Shown piece by piece: positions 16,852 to 24,800 of a stretch of DNA of 45,244 nucleotides. The notes beneath the pieces are model-generated. The model was not told the DNA's origin, did not search any database, and saw nothing but the letters and a program-made list of their open reading frames with translations. Made by a program: the position numbers and the translations under genes. This stretch comes from a virus (Duplodnaviria > Caudoviricetes): IMG/VR virus record IMGVR_UViG_3300023283_000169, positions 1 to 45,244 of that record, one strand, 5' to 3'. Within the stretch, counting starts at the first letter, position 1, and each line of letters opens with the position of its first letter.

Positions 16852-17781
16852 ATGACGGAAAACGCGGAAACGACGACGACCACAGCCTCCAGCCATCTGC
16901 GGTGGCTGGCCGACAACTACGAGCAGAACCAGCGCATGAGGATCCAGGCCGGGGAGCGCATCCGGGCCGTGATCCAGGGACGGGACACCGACCGCGTTGA
17001 CGTGGACGAAGACGAGATCGATGTGGACTCGATCCTCAAGATGATCGTCGAGGGCTCGACGAACGGGGCGACAGCCTACGTCCCCGCGTTCCTGACACGA
17101 TCCTACCGCCTCCACCACGGGGAAGAGCGGGCTTCGTACCGCGACATGATCGTCGCGGTGAAAGACCACCCCGCGTGGCCGTGGCTGGAGAAGGTAAAGG
17201 GGATCGGCCCGACGATGGCGTGCAAGATCCTGTCGAGGCTCGACCTCGATCGGGCAGAATACGCGTCGTCGTTCTGGTCGTACTGCGGCCTGGGCACCGT
17301 ACCCGCCAACAAGTACCGCTGCTCCGAGTGCGGAAGGTCGCGGTCGTTCCCCGTCCGGTACAAGGTGACCGGGAAGCACACGACGCCCGAGGGGGCGAAG
17401 TGTCCAGAGACGATGGAGCTGGTGGCGGGCCCGGACGACGGGGTGCGGTGCGCCCAGCCGCGACCGTCGGCGGGGCAGAAGTCGACGTACGACCAGTACG
17501 CGAAGAAGACCATCTACCTGATCGGAACGCAGTTCCTGAAAGCGAAGGGCGCCTACGCGGACTTCTACCATCGCGAGCGCGAGAAGTACGACGAGAGCCG
17601 GCCCGGGTGGGACAAGGGGAGGAAGCACCTCTCCGCGCTCAGGAAGACGGAAAAGCTATTCCTGTCGCACCTGTACGAGGTGTGGTGCGAGGCGACGGGT
17701 CGGGAGCCCGCGAAGCCGTGGATCGAGGAGTTCGGTAGCGAGGGCCACACGATCATCGACCCCTGGGACATGGTGGGGTAG
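16852..17781 (+). CDS. tasA: TIGR-associated (Tas) Nop-domain protein, TasA-like (IS110/Nop RNA-binding fold, no visible RuvC/HNH), with Zn-ribbon insertion
   Basis: Coiled-coil N-terminus; HP.WPWLEKVKGIGP...KILS; SSFWSYCGL; H..ALRK..KLFLSHLY.VW; no DEDD N-terminal domain; directly abuts the 36-nt array. Confidence 0.85.
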   Translation: MTENAETTTTTASSHLRWLADNYEQNQRMRIQAGERIRAVIQGRDTDRVDVDEDEIDVDSILKMIVEGSTNGATAYVPAFLTRSYRLHHGEERASYRDMIVAVKDHPAWPWLEKVKGIGPTMACKILSRLDLDRAEYASSFWSYCGLGTVPANKYRCSECGRSRSFPVRYKVTGKHTTPEGAKCPETMELVAGPDDGVRCAQPRPSAGQKSTYDQYAKKTIYLIGTQFLKAKGAYADFYHREREKYDESRPGWDKGRKHLSALRKTEKLFLSHLYEVWCEATGREPAKPWIEEFGSEGHTIIDPWDMVG

Positions 17782-18862
17782 AGCCAGCGGCGTCGAGATA
17801 ACCGCATCCGGCAAGCGAGCCGTTGTTCAGGAGGCCCCCGATTCGGCAGAGCGAGCTGCAGCCAACGAGGTACCCCGAGGAGCTGAGTGAGCCGACAGTA
17901 CGGATGTAACTGGTGACGAGAAGCAAGCTGATCGGATCAAGGTAACCGTGGAGCGGGAGGGAGCCGTGGCAAGAAAGGTGACCGACACGACCGAGCGAGC
18001 CGCGGCCCAGAAGATACCCGTGTCCGAGAAGCGAGCCGTCGAATGTGACGTACCCGTCAGTGCAGAGTGAGCTGGGGTGGGACCGGTATCCGAGGGACCA
18101 GAGCGAGCCGAGAGAAACGAGACGACCGTCCGAACGAGGTGAGCCGGGATTGATGAAGTGCCCGATCCACCAGAGCGAGCCGCTGCGCCCGAGGTAACCG
18201 GCCCGCGCAAGCGAGTCGCAAGAACCGAGGTATCCGTTGCAGTCGATCGAGCCGAAAATGAGCAGGCGCCCGTACTCGAAAAGCGAGCCGAAGGAACAGA
18301 TGTGTCCGCTAAAAACGATCGAGCCGCGCCAGTGGAGGTATCCGGCTCGCGGAAGCGAGCCGCCGTCAACGACGTGTCCGAGGAGTTCGATCGAACCGTC
18401 CGTCCGGGAGGTGACGGAAAGTGCAGAGTGAGCCGTGAGTCCCGATGTAACCAGGCAAGGCGAGCGAGCCGAGGGCGGCGATATAACCACGCCACTTGAG
18501 CGAGCCGAGGCATGGTGAAGTGCCCAAAGAAGGAGAGCGAGCTGCCGAATGTCAGGTGACCGTCGGAAAAGAGCGAGCCGGACGATCTGAAGTGGCCGAG
18601 ACTTCAGAGCGAGCCGGAAGTTTTGAGGTGACCGAGAGAGCCGATCGAGCCGTTGGCAAAGACATGACCGTTCCAGAGAAGCGAGACGCGCTCCATGAGG
18701 TGACCGGAGTCCCGGATCGAGTCGCACCTGACAACATACCCGTTGATCCTGAACGAGCCGAAGTTCTCAAGATGACCGCAGGGGTCGAGTGAACCGTGAT
18801 GCACGAGGTACCTGTACGAGTCGAGCGATCCGTCACCAGCAAGGCGCCCGAAGCAACCGAGT
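17781..18862 (+). ncRNA. TIGR (tandem interspaced guide RNA) array, 30 units
   Basis: Parsed by hand: 28 units of 36 nt and 2 of 37 nt; consensus GAGCC-[G+N8]-RANRTRNCC-[G+N8]-RAGC; spacer pairs all different. Confidence 0.9.
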
Positions 18863-18897
18863 AAACGAAAACCCAGGAGCCGAGAAAGGTGGGAGAG

Positions 18898-19134
18898 ATG
18901 GACAGCAAGGAGTCCGGCTTGATAGTAGCGGTCCTGATCGGGGTCATCACCGCGATCGCCGTAGTTGCGGTGACGTTGCTGGTCCGCGAACCGAAAAACA
19001 GTTGCGACGCTCTCGTCACCGCCGTGGCCGAGTCTCCCGCCGACTACTCGCCGGCCCTCATCTCCACGATGCTCGACGGGCTGGGGTGCGAGGAGACCAG
19101 CAACGAATACGCCAACGAGGAGAGGCGACGATGA
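18898..19134 (+). CDS. Small single-TM protein downstream of array
   Basis: GGGAG RBS; hydrophobic LIVAVLIGVITAIAVVAVTLLV; two Cys. Confidence 0.75.
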   Translation: MDSKESGLIVAVLIGVITAIAVVAVTLLVREPKNSCDALVTAVAESPADYSPALISTMLDGLGCEETSNEYANEERRR

Positions 19135-19376
19135 ACGATGGAAGAATCGACGGACCAGCTCTGCTCTCCTAACTGATCGAGCGAAAGCGGGAATGCGAGG
19201 CGGCGATCATGCAGGAGCTGGAGCCGCTGCTCGAAGAGTTTATGGACGACACGGGGGTCGGGATCGCGCGGGTCGAGGTCAGGATGAAAGACGTGACCAG
19301 CCACGAAGATCCATGGATCAGGACCGCCCTGGACAGCATCTCGATCCGCCTGACGGCGTCGCCACTGTACGAGTAG
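19131..19376 (+). pseudogene. Hypothetical gene interrupted by in-frame TAA at 19170-19172
   Basis: ATGA-coupled start; reads MNDGRIDGPALLS*LIERKRECEAAIMQELE...PLYE; an internal ATG at 19209 is an alternative start. Confidence 0.55.
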
Positions 19377-19381
19377 CGGGC

Positions 19382-19410
19382 TTGCGCCTCATTGCAACGT
19401 GCGACAGATT
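19382..19410 (+). promoter_or_regulatory. Promoter with degenerate operator
   Basis: TTGCGC-17 nt-CAGATT with CATTGCA-ACG-TGCGACA. Confidence 0.5.
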
Positions 19411-19496
19411 GCGGGGACGGGGAACGAGGAGTCGATCGCCAACGCGGGTACACGAGAAGACAGCCAGTCGAAAAAACCGGTACCCAGGAGGTGTTC

Positions 19497-19826
19497 GTGG
19501 GCGAGACGAAAGGGATCGACCCGGAGGAATGGCGCCGATCGATGACCGCGCAGCAGCTCGTAGAGTTGAAAGCTGCGGTGAAGAACAGGCTAGGCGTACT
19601 CCAGAAGCTACGCAAGAAGCTGGGAGACGAGGGGTGCAAGACGTCGGACGTGAACCGCAGGATCGCGCTGCTCGACTCGACCGACGAGGACGCCGAACCG
19701 TTCGCCAGTGGGATCGGGCTGTCCCAGATCCTCGATGACCAGATCGACGCCTTCGCGACCGGGTGGGAAGCGGCGGAAGCGACACGGGAACCGGCGGACG
19801 ACAGAGAAGACGACGAGGACGGGTGA
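19497..19826 (+). CDS. Hypothetical helical protein
   Basis: AGGAGG RBS before GTG 19497. Confidence 0.65.
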   Translation: MGETKGIDPEEWRRSMTAQQLVELKAAVKNRLGVLQKLRKKLGDEGCKTSDVNRRIALLDSTDEDAEPFASGIGLSQILDDQIDAFATGWEAAEATREPADDREDDEDG

Positions 19827-20305
19827 CGAAAGCCTCACGCGGCGCCTCCAACGAAAAGATCGCCCTACATCACCCCTCACCCATCACGGAGACGAAAAAG
19901 CCCCACGTAGCCGTCTCTGCCGCCACAGGTCCCGTCATAGCACAGCTTCTCATCCCCTGGGACGTCCTGGTAAGCGACAACGAGCGAACGACGATGCGCG
20001 GGCCCGTCCCGGTCCGCTCCAAGGCATACGTCAGGGGGAAAAGGTGGATCGTGGGTCACGGGCGGTCGATCATGGGCGCCGAGCCGCCGATCGAGGAGCC
20101 TGTTCACGTCGAGATGAGGTTCTTCCCGCCCGACGCCAGGTCGAGGGATCCGCAGAATCTCGTGAAGCAGGTGCTGGACGGGATCAAGGGCGTGCTGGTG
20201 GCCGATGACGACTGGAAGCACGTGCGGAGCTGGCGCGGAGTGACGGTCGAGGTTGACCGCGACGAGCCCCGGCTGGAGCTGGAGATTCGAGAGTTCGGGG
20301 GCTGA
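19823..20305 (+). CDS. rusA: RusA-like Holliday junction resolvase
   Basis: RDPQNLVKQVLDGIKGVLVADDD motif; C-terminal PRLELEI. Confidence 0.85.
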   Translation: MTKASRGASNEKIALHHPSPITETKKPHVAVSAATGPVIAQLLIPWDVLVSDNERTTMRGPVPVRSKAYVRGKRWIVGHGRSIMGAEPPIEEPVHVEMRFFPPDARSRDPQNLVKQVLDGIKGVLVADDDWKHVRSWRGVTVEVDRDEPRLELEIREFGG

Positions 20306-20306
20306 G

Positions 20307-20699
20307 GTGGCGGAAGAGACGTTCGTCTGCGTGAGGTGCGAAGAGAAGATGGTCAGGCCGGGGTTCGTGCTGGTGTGATACGCGGACGGGGTGATGTGCT
20401 ATGATTGTGCGTGGAGGAACGCTCCGACACCATGGGCCAGGGTGAACGTGGAGGGGTTCGAGGGGCTGTGGAAACGAAGACAGATGATCGCCGAACCGGA
20501 AGTGGACGAGGTGGTGGAGGAAGCGAACGACGGGATGATGAGCAGGCTGCACGGGCGACTGCAGGATACGTTGAAATGGTTGTCGGCGATCACGACCAGC
20601 GTGGTCCTGATCGTGATCGTGTGGACCGTGCTCGTCGGGGCTGTTTGGTGGGCGTTCACTGTGCTGAAGTGGTGGTCGGGCTGGGTTGGGGGGCCGTGA
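20307..20699 (+). pseudogene. Zn-finger plus TM protein interrupted by in-frame TGA at 20376-20378
   Basis: Reads MAEETFVCVRCEEKMVRPGFVLV*YADGVMCYDC...; the stop separates two CxxC pairs. Confidence 0.6.
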
Positions 20700-20713
20700 T
20701 CTGATCGGACCTG

Positions 20714-21118
20714 ATGAAGGGAGACGAGGTGGCGGACAACGGCAAGATCATCGACGTGTCGATGAAGATGAGGCCGGCGAAGGGCATGATCGGAATGGCC
20801 CTCGGAGAAAAGGCGCAGCAGGGCCACTTCGGGCCCGCGGCGGACATCCGGGCAAGCCGGAAAGTGCAGGAGGGGATGGCGGTGACGCGAGAGTTGATCC
20901 GGTCCGGCGACATGCCCCGGCTGACGGCGGGGCCGACGTCGTTCAACGGGTACGGGCTCGGGGCGGCGATCGATGTCACGGTGGCGAAGTGCGAGCCGGC
21001 GGACCGGAAGGACGTGGCGGCGTTCGCGGTCGGCGTGATGGCCGCGATGATGGAACGGGAGGTCGAGCTCGCGCGAAAGAAGATGGAAGAGCAGAAGTCG
21101 GCCGCGAGCGAGGAGTAA
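20714..21118 (+). CDS. Hypothetical protein
   Basis: Open frame with typical codon pattern; start may be GTG 20729. Confidence 0.7.
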   Translation: MKGDEVADNGKIIDVSMKMRPAKGMIGMALGEKAQQGHFGPAADIRASRKVQEGMAVTRELIRSGDMPRLTAGPTSFNGYGLGAAIDVTVAKCEPADRKDVAAFAVGVMAAMMEREVELARKKMEEQKSAASEE

Positions 21119-21129
21119 GGGTCGCGGGC

Positions 21130-21258
21130 GTGGTCTTCTGGAGGGCCGTCGCGACGGTCGGAGGGGTCGGTATCGTGACCTGCATCGTGGTTGCGAACCC
21201 GTGGGTTCTCGTGTCCTCGATGGCCCTCCTCCTGGTCGGTGTTCGCGGAATGCAGTAG
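21130..21258 (+). CDS. Very small hydrophobic protein
   Basis: GGAG upstream; almost entirely hydrophobic. Confidence 0.4.
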   Translation: MVFWRAVATVGGVGIVTCIVVANPWVLVSSMALLLVGVRGMQ

Positions 21259-21339
21259 GCCGGACTCGACTGGCGGCTATCGCAGATCGCGACTACATTC
21301 TACCCTCATCCATCCCCCGGACCGGAGGGCGACAGAACG

Positions 21340-21798
21340 ATGGTGGGAGACGAAAGCGCGGGGAGCGAACGCGAGGGACCCCCCAGGATCTACACGAGCA
21401 GCTTCGGCAACCTGAAAAACCTCCTGCACCTGAACCCGGTAGGCATAGCGCGCGGGATCCCGAAATGGTACCGAGGGAGGAACGATCGACGCCTGGCGCC
21501 CTCGTGGGGAATGCTGAAGATGTCGAAGCGCGATTACGACAGGCTGATGTTCGCCATCCTCGAACAGCTTGCGCCAGAACAGATCGCGGACGATCTTGGG
21601 GACCGCGCCGTGATGCTCTGCTGGGAGCCGCCAGGAATCCGGTGCCACCGGCGACTCGTGGCTGAATGGCTCGAAAGCGCGCTGGACATCGTGGTTCCCG
21701 AGGTCGGGTTCGATCGGGACGAGACGCCTGAATATCAAGCCATGCCGAGGAAGGGAGAGCGCCCCCCTGAACCACCCGACCAGCTGGCCATGCTCTGA
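21340..21798 (+). CDS. DUF488-like protein
   Basis: IYTS.F, GIARG.PKW, LAPSW.ML, LCWE....CHRRLVAEWL. Confidence 0.8.
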   Translation: MVGDESAGSEREGPPRIYTSSFGNLKNLLHLNPVGIARGIPKWYRGRNDRRLAPSWGMLKMSKRDYDRLMFAILEQLAPEQIADDLGDRAVMLCWEPPGIRCHRRLVAEWLESALDIVVPEVGFDRDETPEYQAMPRKGERPPEPPDQLAML

Positions 21799-21806
21799 GA
21801 ACCTGT

Positions 21807-21883
21807 TGCGTGGTGGTGTAACGACAACATACCGAGGCTCTGTGCCGGGAGATTTGCGGTTCGAGTCCGCAGCCACGCAGCCA
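21807..21883 (+). tRNA. Atypical/degenerate tRNA-Gln(CTG)
   Basis: Acceptor TGCGTGG/CCACGCA + G + CCA; D stem GTGT/ACAT; T arm TGCGG-TTCGAGT-CCGCA; loop CT-CTG-TG; anticodon stem is disrupted. Confidence 0.7.
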
Positions 21884-21891
21884 ACATCCTG

Positions 21892-23367
21892 ATGCGACAA
21901 CTCGGAAAACTGTTCCTGGGCGCGACGAGCTCCAGCCACCGCCGGTGGTTGGCGTCGGCCCTCGCTCACCTCCGCAAGTCCGGGAAGGCGAAGTCGGTGG
22001 TCGTGCCGTGCTGCGGTGCGTTCGGGCTCGTCCGGGCCGCCATCGAAGGCGGTGTTCCCGTCGAGAAGGTCCACGCCAGCGACATCGGGCTGTTCTCGTC
22101 CATCATCGGGTTCGTCGCCTCCGGGCGGGACCTCAGCGAGATGCCCTTCGAGCCCCACGAGAAAAGCACGATCGGTGGCCACGAGTTCGAGGTTGCCGAG
22201 ATGTGGTCCGGGGCACCGGACGACCTCGCGAGGGGTGCCCGCCTGATGTGGCTCATGAAGCTCGCCCAGCTAAACCCCCAGATCGAGTACGAGCGCATGG
22301 TGTTCGACGAGATCTTCATGGGCCGGGAGGCGTACCAGAAGCAGGCGAGGGACGAGCTCGAAGAGATCACTGCATCGATCCGGGGCCTACGGTACGAGAT
22401 CGCGGACATGGCCCACGTCTACCGGCGTAAGCACCCCGAGGGTAGCGTGCTGCTCATCAACCCGCCGGCGTTCGCGGGTGGGTACGAGAAGATGTTCCCG
22501 ATCGAGCGGATCGGGCGCTGGTCCGTCGAGTTCCAGGAGTGGACAATGGCCAGCTACCACGACGACTACAGGGACACGAAAGCGAGGCACGGCTTCCCGG
22601 TCTTCTGGCTCCGGCACGGAGATACCGACGGGATCCCGAAGGGGGACGCCGTGTTCGCGAAGGAGTACAGCAAGGGGCGCTACAAGTACTGGCTCTGCAC
22701 GCAACCGGAGACGTTGGACGGGTTCGACGGGAAGTTCCAGATCGACCACAACAGCCGTCAGGACGTGGAGCCGTACCGGAACCTGCCGATCTGGAAAGAA
22801 GACGAGGAGATGGACGCGGAGATGCCGGTCCAGATCGTCAGGGTCGAGGAGCGCCACGCGCTGTACTACCGCGACCTCTGGGCCCACCGGCTCGACAACA
22901 CGAAGGCCGAGATGTACTACCTCATCCTGATCGACGGGAAGGTGTTCGGGACGGTCGGGTTCTACTACGCGACCCTCAGGTTCAACCGGGACAACAAGGC
23001 GTTCGAGGTGTTCGGGTTCTCGGCCCCGTCGAAGCGATACCCGAACAACGGGCGGCTCCTGATGCACCTGATCACGATGACCGCGATGAAAGAGCTGCTC
23101 CTCGGCACGATGGGCAAGAACCGGCTGTTCTACCTCGATGGGATCGCCACCACGTGCCTGTCGAAGTACCGGCACGTCAAGCTGAACAGCGGGCTGCTGG
23201 AAGTGACGCACCGGGAGAAGTAGCCCAACGGCATGTACAAGATTCAGTACGCCTGCGAGTTCCGGGAAGAGACCTTTCAGGAGGCCCTCGCCGCGTATCT
23301 CGACGAGTTCGAGGCGGAAAGGGAGGAGTGGAAAAAGCGGCGGGAAGGAGCCAGGACAGAGCAATGA
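21892..23367 (+). CDS. N6-adenine methyltransferase-like plus C-terminal GNAT-like DNA-modification protein; in-frame TAG at 23221-23223
   Basis: VVVPCCGAFG (motif I-like), ASDI, LLINPPAF (motif IV-like); frame continues 47 codons past the TAG to a TGA that overlaps the next ATG. Confidence 0.7.
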
Positions 23368-24299
23368 CGCATCCGAACCTGAAGAAGAGAGAGCGGATCG
23401 CACCCCTCGGCGAGGGCCTGGAGATCTGGCACGTGCATCACGACTGCCTGCGGGAGCAGGACAAGAACGCTCGGGTGATGCCGACCCGGAAGTTCGACCG
23501 CCTGAGCGACAACATCGGGAAGCGCGGCGCACTGGAACAGCTCCCCTACGTCTACAACCCCTCCCCAGACGACCCGGAGACCGAGTTCCAGATCATCTCC
23601 GGCCACCACCGGATCCGCGCCGCCCGCAAAGCACAGATCGAGATGCTGTGCGTGCTCGTGGAGACGCGCGAGATGTCGCGGGACGAGATCACGGCCAAGC
23701 AGCTCGCCCACAACGCCCTCGTAGGGTTCGACGACCCGCAGGTGCTCGCGGAGATGTTCTTCAGCATCGAGGACATCGAGGCGAGGATCGAGACCGGAAT
23801 CGCCGACGAGGACCTGGAGCTCGGTACGCCCGTCGACATCGGCGAGATGTCGTTCGACCTGGACCACGAGATCGTGAACATCGTCTTCGTGAAGAGGGAC
23901 TACGATCGGTTCGAGGAGGTGCTGGAGCTGCTCGAAGCCGACAGTCACGTCGTGGTCGCAGACTACGAGGACTTCGACGGGTTCAAGCGGATCGCGATCG
24001 ACGTGAGCCAGAGGTTCGACGTGAGGAACATCGCCGCGATCGTCGCCAAGATGGTCCGGATCCTGAACGTCCACTACCTCTCCAGGGCCAAGAAGATCGG
24101 GCACGGGGAAGACGAGTGGGTCGAGATCGAGGCGATCGTGGGCTCGCCCAGGATGCCGGTCGGGCCGGCGGGCATCCTCCAACGCGCAGTCACGCACATG
24201 GTCGAGAACGGTGACGTGCGAGACCGGAACGCATGGCAGGCGCTGGAATATCTCGCCGCCGAGTACCTCGCCAGGGTGGGTGAAAAGGCCGAGGAGTGA
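23364..24299 (+). CDS. ParB/Srx N-terminal domain protein
   Basis: NAR.M...FDRL..NI...G, FQIISGHHRIRAA, QLAHNAL.G.DD. Confidence 0.85.
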   Translation: MTHPNLKKRERIAPLGEGLEIWHVHHDCLREQDKNARVMPTRKFDRLSDNIGKRGALEQLPYVYNPSPDDPETEFQIISGHHRIRAARKAQIEMLCVLVETREMSRDEITAKQLAHNALVGFDDPQVLAEMFFSIEDIEARIETGIADEDLELGTPVDIGEMSFDLDHEIVNIVFVKRDYDRFEEVLELLEADSHVVVADYEDFDGFKRIAIDVSQRFDVRNIAAIVAKMVRILNVHYLSRAKKIGHGEDEWVEIEAIVGSPRMPVGPAGILQRAVTHMVENGDVRDRNAWQALEYLAAEYLARVGEKAEE

Positions 24300-24796
24300 A
24301 GACGTGCGGTGACCACGGCGGGACGACCATTCCAGGGAAGCCCTGCTCGCGGAAGTCAGACGGGCTCTGCTACCAGCACGGGGGAGAAGGGAAGTCCGGG
24401 GGACGGCCCAGGGTAACCGGAAACCTCTCCACCGAAGACGGGTCGTTCAGCCAGAAAGACCTCGACAGGATCGAGCGGTACGCCGCCAGCCTAAAAGTGG
24501 AGGAGATCGCCCACTTCTTCGGGATCAGCGAACGGACGCTGTACCGGAGGATCGAGGAAGACCCGCGAGTTATGGCGGCGTATCAAAAGGGTCGAGCCAG
24601 GGCCAAGCTGTCGATCGCCTCGTCGATCATCCAGGACGCCCTCCAGGGGGACAACGCTTGCCGGTTCTTCTGGATGAAGACGCAAGGCGGGTGGCACGAG
24701 ACGAGGCGGAGCGAGGTGACGGGTGCGGACGGTGGACCCGTGGACCTCGCGCCCACGGTCGTCGAGCTCGTCGTTCCCGCCTACGACGACGAGTAG
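24296..24796 (+). CDS. terS: Terminase small subunit
   Basis: HTH EIAHFFGISERTLYR; AY.KGRA; FWMKTQGGW; EVTGADGGP; immediately upstream of TerL. Confidence 0.8.
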   Translation: MKTCGDHGGTTIPGKPCSRKSDGLCYQHGGEGKSGGRPRVTGNLSTEDGSFSQKDLDRIERYAASLKVEEIAHFFGISERTLYRRIEEDPRVMAAYQKGRARAKLSIASSIIQDALQGDNACRFFWMKTQGGWHETRRSEVTGADGGPVDLAPTVVELVVPAYDDE

Positions 24797-24800
24797 TCCG

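Noticed and set aside
16852-17781. IS110-family transposase / insertion sequence
   Set aside because: Only the Nop-like C-terminal motifs are present. The DEDD RuvC domain and the catalytic SG loop are not visible, and the gene is flanked by 36-nt dual-spacer arrays.
17753-18804. ORFs over the array (18158-18499, 18496-18792, 17753-18727 minus, 17827-18513 minus)
   Set aside because: Their 12-aa periodicity comes from the 36-nt unit. Frames are broken by stops and by the 37-nt units, and conservation is at nucleotide level.
17781-18862. CRISPR array
   Set aside because: Repeats are two alternating ~9-nt degenerate motifs with 9-nt spacers, not 23-47-nt repeats with ~30-nt spacers; no cas genes seen.
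17781-18862. Self-targeting of tigRNA spacers to this phage
   Set aside because: A few 9-mers have chance matches, but in the few units I tried I found no adjacent spacerA/spacerB pair; a systematic search is needed, so no claim is made.
21807-21883. Amber suppressor, tRNA-Pyl or tRNA-Sec
   Set aside because: The anticodon reads CTG, not CTA or TCA; there is no long variable arm and the T loop is canonical.
22539-23363. N-terminal extension of the ParB ORF as listed (22539-24299)
   Set aside because: It overlaps the MTase-like gene in another frame; the start at 23364 has a GGAG/AGGA RBS and ATGA coupling.
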